Made by a program: the position numbers and the translations under genes
Notes under the pieces: generated by a model
What the model was told of the DNA's origin: nothing
Database searches by the model: none
What the model saw: the letters and a program-made list of their open reading frames with translations, nothing else
Origin: a virus
Lineage: Duplodnaviria > Caudoviricetes
IMG/VR virus record: IMGVR_UViG_3300001525_000522
Location: 26,015 to 90,014 of that record
Strand: one strand, 5' to 3'
DNA: 64,000 nt
Shown here: positions 19,570 to 29,565 of the stretch, one piece after another
How the letters are laid out: each line of letters starts with the position of its first letter
Numbering within the stretch: position 1 is the stretch's first letter

Positions 19570-21186
19570 ATGTCATGGGTAAATATTTATGAACAGCCTA
19601 TAATGCCTAATGTAGATTTAGAAGAAGATACGGTGGTATATGTTCCTGGATATGCTATAAAAGGCCCTAGCGAGCCGACTTTGGTAAATTCAACTAACTT
19701 TGAGAGAGTTTTTGGAGAAACTCCATATACTATTCCAGCAGGAATAGGCACAGCTTCTATTGCTAAAAATAAAATTCCTGATGGAGGAAGAGAAAAATCT
19801 TGGTTATATGCTAAAGGTCTTGTAGATGCGGGTCTCACTGTTCTTTATCATAGATATATTGGAGCAAATGCTGCAAAAGCTAATAAGACTGATGCTTTTA
19901 AAATTGATTCTTCTGTAAGTGGAATATTAGATACAGGAATTTCTATAAATGTAAGAGCTAAATATGCAGGTGCTTATTATAATGGATTAGTGGTTAATTC
20001 AGAAAAAGTAAACAATGGTGTTTCTAAAATTACTGTAAAAAATGATTCTGAGACCTTAGAAACTGCATATATTTCATTTGATGCTAATGCATTGAATTAT
20101 TTAGCTAATACAGAATTTAGTTATATTGAAATTTTTGGAACATCTAATGATACCACTTTATCTATTTCTCAGCTCTGTGATTTAATTTCAGCTAAATTAA
20201 CAACTCCTGCGGCTATTAGAAGTACTTATATAACTAATAAAACTACTGCAGTTACTTTAGATGCCGGAACAGATGATTTCTCCGTTTCTGATTTTGAAGA
20301 TGCATTAGTAGGTAAAAATAGCCAAGGATATGGTGCAGAAGCATTATGCGAAATACTTAAGGATAGCGAAAGATACCCTGTAAGCTATATAACTACTGGA
20401 GGATATTTTGTAGATTATGAAAATTTGAAACCTAACAAAATATTTGATGTAGCTTCTGAAGTAAAAGCTTGTTATACTGCAGATTTTGCAAATGAATTAA
20501 CTTATGCTGGATTAGATAATTATAAACAAGGTATTGAAGGATTGAACTTAGATGACTATCTCAAATATAGTTATGGATTCCAAGTTGTTGGAGCAGATAC
20601 CTTTAGTTCAAATAATTCCAGAGTCATTCTTCCAGATTCATTTGGTTATTTAGTAAGACTTGGATTAAATATAAAAGCTGGTTTGCCTAATTATACTCCT
20701 GTAGCTAATAATTCTCAAGGATTGGTTGCAAATGCAATAAATTCTACTAGACCTATAGATTTCAAACTCGAACAAGGAATGATTACCTCTGAAGGTGTTT
20801 CCATAAATCCTGTGATTACTAAGAAAAATGTAGGTTACGTTATTATGGGTAATAGAACACTTTATCCTAATAACGGTGAACTTGGCCCGCAGTCTTTTTT
20901 GAATTGCAGAGTGGTGGTAAATATGGTTGAGAGGTCTGCCAGAAAAGCTGCAAATAAACTTAGAATTGTTTCTACTAATCCTGATACTGCTTTCAAGAAT
21001 TTCAGAAATATGGTAGAAAAAACATGTGATAAACTCTTAACAAATGGAGATGGTTTAGCAGAATATTCTATTTCTAAATTGCCCAAAACTAAACCTGCTA
21101 CTATAGAAATTCAAATAAAACTTACCGTAGTTGAAGGAATTGAAACTTTCAATATCTATATACCGTATTCAATAGCATTAGATTAA
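19570..21186 (+). CDS. Contractile tail sheath protein
   Basis: VYVPGYAIKGP..PTLVNS...FG; SINPV...YVIMGNRTL...LNCR C-terminal sheath motifs. Confidence 0.9.
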   Translation: MSWVNIYEQPIMPNVDLEEDTVVYVPGYAIKGPSEPTLVNSTNFERVFGETPYTIPAGIGTASIAKNKIPDGGREKSWLYAKGLVDAGLTVLYHRYIGANAAKANKTDAFKIDSSVSGILDTGISINVRAKYAGAYYNGLVVNSEKVNNGVSKITVKNDSETLETAYISFDANALNYLANTEFSYIEIFGTSNDTTLSISQLCDLISAKLTTPAAIRSTYITNKTTAVTLDAGTDDFSVSDFEDALVGKNSQGYGAEALCEILKDSERYPVSYITTGGYFVDYENLKPNKIFDVASEVKACYTADFANELTYAGLDNYKQGIEGLNLDDYLKYSYGFQVVGADTFSSNNSRVILPDSFGYLVRLGLNIKAGLPNYTPVANNSQGLVANAINSTRPIDFKLEQGMITSEGVSINPVITKKNVGYVIMGNRTLYPNNGELGPQSFLNCRVVVNMVERSARKAANKLRIVSTNPDTAFKNFRNMVEKTCDKLLTNGDGLAEYSISKLPKTKPATIEIQIKLTVVEGIETFNIYIPYSIALD

Positions 21187-21201
21187 CAATTATAAATATA
21201 A
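21186..21201 (+). promoter_or_regulatory. Putative late promoter
   Basis: ACAATTATAAATATAA, identical to 12493..12508. Confidence 0.55.
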
Positions 21202-21222
21202 TATATAAAGAGGAATTTTAGA

Positions 21223-22488
21223 ATGGACGTTAATAAAATTTTAGAGATGCTTGAGAGAGAGGACAAACCTTTTAAGCCTCAAAAAAGAGAACAGGTTGCT
21301 AAAGAATCTTTAGTAAGTGCTTGTAATGGTGATTATGATGCTATAAACAGACTCTTAGAAGAAGATATTTCTATAGATGAAAGAGCATATAATAAGGTGC
21401 CTGTAATCAATAGACCTTTGAAAAAGAAAAGCTCTACTGAATCATGCAATCCTAAAGATTTTCCTAAGAAAGTTGCAAAAGAATGTGATGCAGTAGCAAT
21501 AGGAGTAGAAAATCTTATTCCTTCTCCTGTAATAAAAAGAGCTGATGAAGCGGTAGATAAAGCTATCCATTACCGTGGTGTACTTATTGAAAAAGTTCCT
21601 GAAGCAGAAAAACCTTGGACAATTGATGGTTTAGGTGAAACATACGAAACTTTGGAAGATGCCATTGCGGGAGTAGATTATTGGATAGATTCTGAAGGTA
21701 TGGATTTTTCTAAGAATGCATCAGAAGCCGCTGGAGAACCACTCTCTACAAAACTTCTCAGAGAACTCGATAAAGATGCTGCTTTTGCAGGAGAATCTAC
21801 TACTGAAAAAAGTCCTATGAAAGGCACTACAGATGATATAGTAAAAAATAAACCTATAGATTTTAAATCTAAGAATAATGGTTTTGAAACTTCTGAGTCT
21901 AAAGAAACTGGAAAAGCTGTTGCAATGACAGAACAGCAGACTATAAAGGCTGCTGGAGAAGAATTGATTTCTACAAAAGATGGTTCTATTTTTCCTGAAG
22001 ACATTGAATTTGATGAACAGGCCTTTGCAGAATTGTATGATTTGAATCCTGATGATGTAAGTGCCATGTATGTAGAGGAAGATAATAATATTCCTGAGCA
22101 TATAGAAATAAGATTTAAGGAAGGAGATAATGAAACGCTCCTCATGCTTATGGATGATGGTTCACTTATAGAAGAAGTAAATGCTGAAATAGTTGAAGAA
22201 CCTAGATTTAGTGCTTCAATAGAACAGGATGAGAATGGAAACTTTATACTGCTCGTATCTGATGCAGTTGAATCTGAAGATGTTACCAAATCAGAAGAAG
22301 ATGGTATAAATAAATCTGAAGGTGAGACGGATAGCCTCGATGAAGATGGTAAAGGTCGTACAGATGAATTTGTTGAAGGCGCAGGATTAGACCTTGACTC
22401 TGAATATGCAGATACCCATGGTATTAAACCTGCTAAAGATGCTACAACTAAAATCAAAGATCCTACCCAGTTACCTGTAAATAAATAA
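21223..22488 (+). CDS. Highly acidic protein, possible prohead core/internal protein
   Basis: Very Asp/Glu-rich; AKESL motif shared with the scaffold. Confidence 0.7.
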   Translation: MDVNKILEMLEREDKPFKPQKREQVAKESLVSACNGDYDAINRLLEEDISIDERAYNKVPVINRPLKKKSSTESCNPKDFPKKVAKECDAVAIGVENLIPSPVIKRADEAVDKAIHYRGVLIEKVPEAEKPWTIDGLGETYETLEDAIAGVDYWIDSEGMDFSKNASEAAGEPLSTKLLRELDKDAAFAGESTTEKSPMKGTTDDIVKNKPIDFKSKNNGFETSESKETGKAVAMTEQQTIKAAGEELISTKDGSIFPEDIEFDEQAFAELYDLNPDDVSAMYVEEDNNIPEHIEIRFKEGDNETLLMLMDDGSLIEEVNAEIVEEPRFSASIEQDENGNFILLVSDAVESEDVTKSEEDGINKSEGETDSLDEDGKGRTDEFVEGAGLDLDSEYADTHGIKPAKDATTKIKDPTQLPVNK

Positions 22489-22511
22489 TTTAAATATTTG
22501 GAGGTTGTTTA

Positions 22512-23075
22512 ATGAACAACGCTAATAATCATATAAGTGCTAATCCTGGAAATTATCGTCCAGTGATGACCAACCATTTTGAAATAACAATTCATGATTT
22601 GGATGGTATGACTAATTGGGCGGATCCTGATAAAGAACCTATTGCAGATTCTGAATTAACTCTTAAAATTGCAAACAGAAATTTTTCAGGACCTCAATTA
22701 TCACAGCAATCAATAGCTATTCAAAAAGGTAATACAACCATAGAATTTCCTGGAAGAATTGATGCATTTACATCTACTGCAGTATTTGAGGTGTATGTTA
22801 CTAAAAGTGCTTTCGATATTTTATATTCTTGGAAGATGGCCTCAGGAAATCAAGAAACTGGTGAAATAGGCGATCCGAGAGAATACTGGAAACGTGTTGA
22901 AATAGACGTAATGACTGGAGATAAAGGAACGCTCATTGGTACATGGACTTATAATAACTGCTGGATTCAGTCATTACAAGAAGTAACATTTGACAATGGA
23001 GCAAATGAAGTAAAAACTTGTAATTTAACACTTAAATACTTTGCTCCTAAGTGGAGATCCAATAAAAATATCTAA
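22512..23075 (+). CDS. Tail tube protein (T4 gp19-like)
   Basis: NHFEI...IEFPGR...W...YWKRVEI...WTYNNCWIQSL. Confidence 0.85.
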   Translation: MNNANNHISANPGNYRPVMTNHFEITIHDLDGMTNWADPDKEPIADSELTLKIANRNFSGPQLSQQSIAIQKGNTTIEFPGRIDAFTSTAVFEVYVTKSAFDILYSWKMASGNQETGEIGDPREYWKRVEIDVMTGDKGTLIGTWTYNNCWIQSLQEVTFDNGANEVKTCNLTLKYFAPKWRSNKNI

Positions 23076-23097
23076 ATAATAAAATATAGTCATTCTA

Positions 23098-23805
23098 ATG
23101 GAGGACAAAATGGATTTAATAGAAGAAGTAGTATTACCATCTAAAGGCTTAGTTTACGATAAAGAGATTAAATGGTCTAATAGATTAAGAGCTCCTAGAC
23201 TTTGTGATAAAGGAATTGGAGACCTTACTAAAAGAAATAAATTACAAGCCTCTATATTAGATAAGACACTTCTAGAACCGTTAGGAATGTCCGCATATGA
23301 TTTGCATACTGCGGACTTTTTATACCTGAATTTCGTACAGAGACAAATTGCTAAAGCAGGTGCGCCATATAAGATAAAAATCAAATGTCAAAAATGTGGT
23401 GAAGAACAGCTGGTAGATTTTAACTTAGATAATGTAAAAGTTAATTATTTATCTGAAAAACCAGAATATAAATATACCACATTAGATGGTTCAGAGATAG
23501 AATATACCTATCTCACTCCTAGAAAAATAGATGATGCCAAGGAGGCCGCAGATTTATATAAAGAAGAATTTCCTGGAGCAGACCAAGATATACAGCTGCA
23601 GGAATTACTAAGGTCAATTATACTCAAAGTTGATGGTGTAAAACCCACGCACTCTCAAATGACTGACTTTATAAATAATCTTTATGTAGAAGATAGCGAT
23701 CGTTTATTAGAAAAAATCATGAACATAAATTTTGGTTTGGATTTGAATCAAACAGCCAAATGTTCTAAATGTGGTAAAATGATAAACTTTATTTTACCTG
23801 TATAA
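23098..23805 (+). CDS. Tail assembly chaperone / baseplate hub assembly protein (T4 gp26-like)
   Basis: VVLPSKGLVY start; two CxxC motifs (CQKC, CSKC). Confidence 0.7.
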   Translation: MEDKMDLIEEVVLPSKGLVYDKEIKWSNRLRAPRLCDKGIGDLTKRNKLQASILDKTLLEPLGMSAYDLHTADFLYLNFVQRQIAKAGAPYKIKIKCQKCGEEQLVDFNLDNVKVNYLSEKPEYKYTTLDGSEIEYTYLTPRKIDDAKEAADLYKEEFPGADQDIQLQELLRSIILKVDGVKPTHSQMTDFINNLYVEDSDRLLEKIMNINFGLDLNQTAKCSKCGKMINFILPV

Positions 23806-23814
23806 ACTATATAA

Positions 23815-24027
23815 ATGACTTTTGATTTATTTATAGATTCTGATAAAAAAGCAGAAGAATTTGATTTGTGGGTGAGACGAATATATCTTGTCTCATCCAC
23901 ATTGTCTATACCGTACGATTCATTATGGCAAATGCCTGAGCACGAATTTTTAATTATGGAAAATTTAGCTAAATCAGAATTAGACAAAAGAGAGAAAAAA
24001 CAACAGGAGCTTTTAAACAATGGCTAA
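23815..24027 (+). CDS. Small tail assembly chaperone
   Basis: Position before tape measure; IPYDSLWQMPEHE pattern. Confidence 0.55.
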   Translation: MTFDLFIDSDKKAEEFDLWVRRIYLVSSTLSIPYDSLWQMPEHEFLIMENLAKSELDKREKKQQELLNNG

Positions 24028-25969
24028 AAATGATGGCTATGATATGATTAGAAGCCTTATGGAAGAGGCTGATAAATTAGGAAGGGCTTCTATTGAGGAT
24101 CTCCATAAGCAAGCACTCAGAACTAGGATTAAAGAACTAAAAGAAGAGGGCAAAACTGAGAAAGAAATAAAAACCCAGTTAGAAAAAGACCAAGCTGCTT
24201 TAAGAGAGAAAAATCGTTTAGAATATCAAAGGCAAGAGCTTAAATCTATCCAAGATCGTGCCAAAGCTGCTGCTACATTGGAAGAACAGAATAGACTAGA
24301 AGCAGATGCCAAGAGGCTTGAGCAGGTAATAAAAAGAGCTGAAATAGAGAAAGCCAATGAAGAAAAGCTCGCAGCTATTAGAGAAAAATACACTGTAAAT
24401 CTTAAAAATATTACTGAGACGGGCTCTAAAATATATGATGATATCAATAAGTCTGTCAAAACATACTCAGATTATTTTGATGAAATCCAAGTAAGATTAC
24501 TTGGTTCTGGAAAAACATACGCCTCCGTAGCAGATATGATTTCCAAAACCTTCAGTGGTAGTCCATTCTTTGCATTAACTGATGCAATGAATAATGTTAA
24601 AGCATTTGTTCAGCAAGGAATTGCTTATAATGTAGAACTTAGAGCAACTTTACAAACAGTTTCTGAAAAAATAGCAATAACCTTTAATGCATTAGATGCC
24701 ACCTTATTAAGATTAATTCGTATACAAGGTGATTCTACACAAGCAAGATTAGGAATTGAGAGCAAACTCACTGAAATCCTCAATAGTCAGTTTCAGGATA
24801 CCTCTTATCTTACTTCCAATATAAATGAATCTGTATCAGCTGCTCTATTAGAAGCTGAAGCAAGATTAGGAAAAACTGCTGGAACTGAATTTGAGTTTGA
24901 AGCACAAAAATGGTTAGGTTCATTATATGCTTCAGGCGCTAGTCAGAATTTAATATCTTCTTTAGCACAAGGCTTAGGCTATTTAGGTTCAGGAGATGTT
25001 ACCAGTCTTACAAGCAATGCATCATTAACTAACCTGCTTGCAATGGCAGCAGGAAGAGGTGGCGGAGCTTCATATGGAGATATAATTACCAGAGGCGCTA
25101 CTGCTGGAGATATATCTTCTTTAATGATAGGGTTACGCAGTTTAGTCGAGGAAGTAAGTAAAACTGATAATATAGTAGCTCTAAAGGAATATGCCAATGT
25201 TTTTGGACTGACAATCTCAGACCTCAAATCTATTCTTAATTTAACTTCTAAAGACATTGAAACACTTACCAAGCAAACACTTTCTTATGATGAAGCATTG
25301 CAAACGGTAAATTCACAATTAACTGCTGGTACTTTATTAGGAAGAACACATGTTTCTGAGTTAGTAGATAATATTTACCAAAATACTATAGATGCTATTG
25401 CCACAGGTATTTCAGGAAACGTTGGCGGCTATCTAGGTTGGAAAGCTGCTGGTTTTGCAGGTGAATTATTGGAAGGCTATACCGTATCGATGGCACCTTT
25501 TGGTATGGGTACTACTATTGACCTAGGTAAGACAGTAAAAGCTGCTGCAACTGCTACTGCGGCACTTGCTAATATTAGTAAACTTTTCTCAGGATTAGGA
25601 AATTTGGGAGGAATAAACTTAGCCAACTTAGAAGGAACAGAAGTTGTACAGAGAGGCACCATTTCTAGCATGAGAGAAGGTACTAGAGAAAGTTATTCTG
25701 CATATGAAGGTGATGTTTCTCAATCTACTTTACTGAAACAATCCTCATTACAAGCAACTGAAGCCTCTAAAGTTACAGATGAAGCTTTAGACGAAAAACA
25801 AGAAGCTTTAGAAGGAATGCAAAATCAAATAAAGAATATAGATGATAATATTTCTATTATGGTGAGATTATTAGATTCTGAAGGAATTGTTATAAGAGGA
25901 AGAGCTGGTGAAGTTGCAGGTTCTTATGCAAATCAATTAGCTGGAATAGGAGGAATATTTCAAGGATGA
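24020..25969 (+). CDS. Tape measure protein
   Basis: 649 aa, coiled-coil N-terminus, Ala/Gly/Leu-rich helical body; follows tube and chaperones. Confidence 0.75.
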   Translation: MAKNDGYDMIRSLMEEADKLGRASIEDLHKQALRTRIKELKEEGKTEKEIKTQLEKDQAALREKNRLEYQRQELKSIQDRAKAAATLEEQNRLEADAKRLEQVIKRAEIEKANEEKLAAIREKYTVNLKNITETGSKIYDDINKSVKTYSDYFDEIQVRLLGSGKTYASVADMISKTFSGSPFFALTDAMNNVKAFVQQGIAYNVELRATLQTVSEKIAITFNALDATLLRLIRIQGDSTQARLGIESKLTEILNSQFQDTSYLTSNINESVSAALLEAEARLGKTAGTEFEFEAQKWLGSLYASGASQNLISSLAQGLGYLGSGDVTSLTSNASLTNLLAMAAGRGGGASYGDIITRGATAGDISSLMIGLRSLVEEVSKTDNIVALKEYANVFGLTISDLKSILNLTSKDIETLTKQTLSYDEALQTVNSQLTAGTLLGRTHVSELVDNIYQNTIDAIATGISGNVGGYLGWKAAGFAGELLEGYTVSMAPFGMGTTIDLGKTVKAAATATAALANISKLFSGLGNLGGINLANLEGTEVVQRGTISSMREGTRESYSAYEGDVSQSTLLKQSSLQATEASKVTDEALDEKQEALEGMQNQIKNIDDNISIMVRLLDSEGIVIRGRAGEVAGSYANQLAGIGGIFQG

Positions 25970-26832
25970 CATTAGAAGAAGCCTTTATAAGTAATTTAGT
26001 TAGTGAAAAAATTCCTATGATAAATCAATGGACAGAATCTATAGGATTATCTATAAAAAATCATACGCAATTTGAATTAAAAAATCAAGAAAATTATGAG
26101 AAAACTGGGTATTCTTTATTGGATAATTTAACTAGAGGATATTTAGCCCATAAACAAGACTCATTAAAATATTCTGAGAGAACACATTATTTGCTTGGAA
26201 TGTACTTAAGAGCTCTTAAAGAATTGAAAAATCTTAATGCGATGCCTTTATACAATTGTATTACAGGATATTCTGTAAAAGGACCAAAACATGTATTAAG
26301 AGCTCCTATTATTTCTAAAAGATTATATTATATTTTTATAAATACCTATATGTTTACAGACATACAGGTATGCTATAGCACTAATGATACTGCTCTTACA
26401 GAATCAAAAACCTTCAAGATTGAAAGTTATCGTAAACCATTAAAGTTATATATAGCTGAAAATGAAAATGACCCAGGCATACCCTCCGATGCTGAGGTAT
26501 TAGTTTTAAATGACAGTTTCAAAGAAAATTTGGCAGAATTTTTAGAATTGAGAGTAACTGTAAATTCCAATGTCACTGCAGCAGTAATTGAAGGTCCATA
26601 TGATTTTGATTATAATCCCTTAATTGGCTATACAGGAGCAAAATATTCTCCAAGGTTGATAGAATTTCTTACAGATGTTTCTATAACAGAGGACTCTAAT
26701 GAAGCAGTAAAAAATGAAGCTTTGAAAAAATATCCTGGAAAATCTATATCAGAGGTTGCAAAAACCTATTTAAAAGAAAATAATTATACGTATGATATTG
26801 GAAATTTTATAGATAAGAGGTTGCCGGTATGA
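25966..26832 (+). CDS. Putative baseplate-associated protein
   Basis: ATGA overlap; position in the baseplate operon. Confidence 0.6.
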   Translation: MTLEEAFISNLVSEKIPMINQWTESIGLSIKNHTQFELKNQENYEKTGYSLLDNLTRGYLAHKQDSLKYSERTHYLLGMYLRALKELKNLNAMPLYNCITGYSVKGPKHVLRAPIISKRLYYIFINTYMFTDIQVCYSTNDTALTESKTFKIESYRKPLKLYIAENENDPGIPSDAEVLVLNDSFKENLAEFLELRVTVNSNVTAAVIEGPYDFDYNPLIGYTGAKYSPRLIEFLTDVSITEDSNEAVKNEALKKYPGKSISEVAKTYLKENNYTYDIGNFIDKRLPV

Positions 26833-27362
26833 TAAATTCTTATATATACCTATATCATTTAGATAAACAATTTAATATTCCAGTAACTCCTGACCCAATT
26901 ACTAATTCATTAGGAGTAACTTTTAGCACTGAGAATATCTTAGGAAGGTCTGCACCTCAGATAACTTTTGCGAGTGCTGGTCCTAGAACTCAGAGCATTA
27001 GTCTTACCTTGCACAGGCAATTGATGGCTTTGGAAAATGATGGAAATGAGAATGCGGTAGATGACTTAATAAATGCTCTGCAGGCATGTACATTACCTAA
27101 ATATATGGATTCTTACAAAGCCGTTATTCCTCCAAGCCTGCTAATACGATTTGGAAATGAATCATGCATAAGAGGAGTACTCAATGGTCAATTGACTGTA
27201 ACATCTTCAGGAGCTTGGTTAAAATCAGGTAAAATGTCTGTAGTCACTTTAACATTTGTAGTAACAGAGGTGGAGCCATTTTCAGCTGAATATGCCATGC
27301 AGAGAGGCTTATTAAGGTCGGTGAGCACTGATTTAAGGAGGAATTCGGTATGGATGTATTAA
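26829..27362 (+). CDS. Tail tube initiator / baseplate protein (gpU- or gp48/54-like)
   Basis: ILGRSAPQITFASAGPRT.S..L.L. Confidence 0.65.
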   Translation: MINSYIYLYHLDKQFNIPVTPDPITNSLGVTFSTENILGRSAPQITFASAGPRTQSISLTLHRQLMALENDGNENAVDDLINALQACTLPKYMDSYKAVIPPSLLIRFGNESCIRGVLNGQLTVTSSGAWLKSGKMSVVTLTFVVTEVEPFSAEYAMQRGLLRSVSTDLRRNSVWMY

Positions 27363-27613
27363 GAAGATATGAAAACCAAAGAACTTACGAAAATCAGAGA
27401 GGAGATTTAGTATCTTCTAGATATAAACGAATTTCAAAAGATACCTCATATATTTTGCAAGAGTTAGATAAACCTAGTACCTTTGACAAATTATCTTTAC
27501 AGCATTATGGTACACCTCTGATGTATTGGCTAATAGCTGATTTGAATGACTATATAGATCCTACTGTTGAATTACCTACAGGAACCAAAATAAAAATACC
27601 GGTAGTTGGATAA
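27350..27613 (+). CDS. LysM-like baseplate wedge protein (gp53/gpX-like)
   Basis: FDKLSLQHYGTPLMYWLIADLN...GTKIKIP. Confidence 0.75.
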   Translation: MDVLRRYENQRTYENQRGDLVSSRYKRISKDTSYILQELDKPSTFDKLSLQHYGTPLMYWLIADLNDYIDPTVELPTGTKIKIPVVG

Positions 27614-28812
27614 TGGCAGACCAAATTTTACAGAATTTTAATTCCTTAATAGAAACTCCATATATATCTATAACCTTTGGTGGTCAAACATTTGGGTTAA
27701 CCAATACTGTAAACCCAGTAACAATGACCAGAGATATAGATTACATCACTAATTTAACTATAAATAAGCAGGCTTCAGGGCAGGTAAATACCTATACTAT
27801 TACCTTAGTGTATGTTATACGTCCAGGAGATGACCCAAACAAAATAGACAAAATCATCTCTTCTGATTCTTCAAGAAAAATAAAAATATCTTACGGTGAT
27901 TTATCTCAACCTAGATTTTCTTATAGAGAAGAAGAGGCTATTATTACTAATATAAAGCCGGCTATCGATGTTACTAGGTCTAAAATTGTTTATACTATTA
28001 CTGCCACATCTTCTGTTGTATTAAATTATGCAATAAAAAGAAATTATCCTTCAGTTGTAGATAAACCGAGCGAGCAAATATATAAATTATTATATTTAGA
28101 CAGAACTAATGGATTATTGGAATTGTTTCCAGGAATGGCAGACAGAGCAAAAGTGGAGCTCAACAGATTGATTGCTAAAAATGATAAATCAGTGAGAATA
28201 GAAGCGCAGCAGAGTGTTTCTCCTTTAGAAAGACTGAAATATTTAGTAGCACAGATGCAATCTAATGATAACTCATTTTATGGCTTAATAATACATGACT
28301 ACAGTGATTATGATAAAACTATGGAAGGCCAATGGTTTGAAGTAATAAATAGTTCATTAAGACCTTCTGCTTATCAATTGGATTTAGATGTGGGTTACCC
28401 AAGCAATACCAGAGTATTTGATTTTCAGGTTAATAATAATACCTCTTTCGCATTAATAACTAGCTATTCAGGACTTATAGATAAAAGTAGAACCATAAAT
28501 ATAAATGATAATGGAAATTTTAAAACATCTTCAGACCCATCTTTTATGGTAAGAAATGGACAAACAGATGCAGTATTAGAATCTTGGTGGAAAACGATGT
28601 CATCATTTCCAGTGGAAGCTACTGTGAAAACTAGAGGTTTAATAGTTCCAGCTGTTTTAGCTCAAACCATAAATGTGAATGTCTTATTTTTTGGAAGGAA
28701 ATATACTTACTCTGGAAAATATATGGTAGTCGGACAAACAGACGTAATTTCTTCTGCAGGCTATAGGACAACCTTGAAATTATTAAGAATAGGTGCTAAT
28801 GATGATAACTAA
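27613..28812 (+). CDS. Baseplate hub protein (gp27/gpD-like)
   Basis: Size, position and C-terminal YSGKYMV...D.IS..GYRTTLKLLR motif. Confidence 0.75.
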   Translation: MADQILQNFNSLIETPYISITFGGQTFGLTNTVNPVTMTRDIDYITNLTINKQASGQVNTYTITLVYVIRPGDDPNKIDKIISSDSSRKIKISYGDLSQPRFSYREEEAIITNIKPAIDVTRSKIVYTITATSSVVLNYAIKRNYPSVVDKPSEQIYKLLYLDRTNGLLELFPGMADRAKVELNRLIAKNDKSVRIEAQQSVSPLERLKYLVAQMQSNDNSFYGLIIHDYSDYDKTMEGQWFEVINSSLRPSAYQLDLDVGYPSNTRVFDFQVNNNTSFALITSYSGLIDKSRTININDNGNFKTSSDPSFMVRNGQTDAVLESWWKTMSSFPVEATVKTRGLIVPAVLAQTINVNVLFFGRKYTYSGKYMVVGQTDVISSAGYRTTLKLLRIGANDDN

Positions 28813-29167
28813 GGCAATTGTTTTGAGAATGTCTGGAAATAAATGCATTGTAAGAATTCCTTCAATGAGCAATTCTGAAGTGGAGGCTGCTATATGTAGT
28901 CCTAAAGGTTTTAATATTATTTATGAGGAAAATGATATAGTATATGTATCATTAGTAGATAATATAACCTGGGTTGTACTAGGAGTTCTGAATTTAGATG
29001 AATATGGCATGCATCAATTAACTTTAGATTCAGCTAGAATATCTACTGGATTTTTAGGAGATACTGTAGCTTTATCAGATTCTAATTTAACCATAAAAGA
29101 TTTAATAGATATGTATAGGAATTTTTCAGATTTCTTAAATAATTATAAAACAGGAGAAGATAAATAA
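28793..29167 (+). CDS. Baseplate central spike (gpV/gp5 OB-fold)
   Basis: CIVRIP...D.VYV...WVVLG OB-fold pattern. Confidence 0.65.
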   Translation: MLMMITKAIVLRMSGNKCIVRIPSMSNSEVEAAICSPKGFNIIYEENDIVYVSLVDNITWVVLGVLNLDEYGMHQLTLDSARISTGFLGDTVALSDSNLTIKDLIDMYRNFSDFLNNYKTGEDK

Positions 29168-29553
29168 TGATTAATCCTGAAAGTTTGATAAAAGGTTTTA
29201 ATTTTCCAAATATATTTACTGGCGGAAATGCAGTATCTATAATATCTGGAAAAGAAAATGTTATAAAGGATTTGAAATTACTTTTTGAATCCGAAACAGG
29301 AGAATTCAGATATGACCCTGGATATGGTTCAAATGTAAAATTGCTTAAGTATAAGCCTAAAAATCAACTTACTCTAGACTTATTAGTAGACGCGATTGTA
29401 GAATCACAGATGTTCATGCCGAATGTAATGTTTGATAGAGATTCAGTTAAAATTACTTTTGAAAAACCTGGAGAAATAAATATAACGATTTCAGCTATAA
29501 TTGACAATAACAACTATATAACTGAATTAGTTTTATTGCAGAAAAGTGTATAA
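29167..29553 (+). CDS. Baseplate wedge / sheath initiator (gp25-like)
   Basis: LKLLFES..GE..YDP.YGS motif. Confidence 0.8.
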   Translation: MINPESLIKGFNFPNIFTGGNAVSIISGKENVIKDLKLLFESETGEFRYDPGYGSNVKLLKYKPKNQLTLDLLVDAIVESQMFMPNVMFDRDSVKITFEKPGEINITISAIIDNNNYITELVLLQKSV

Positions 29554-29565
29554 AAGGAGAAGCTA

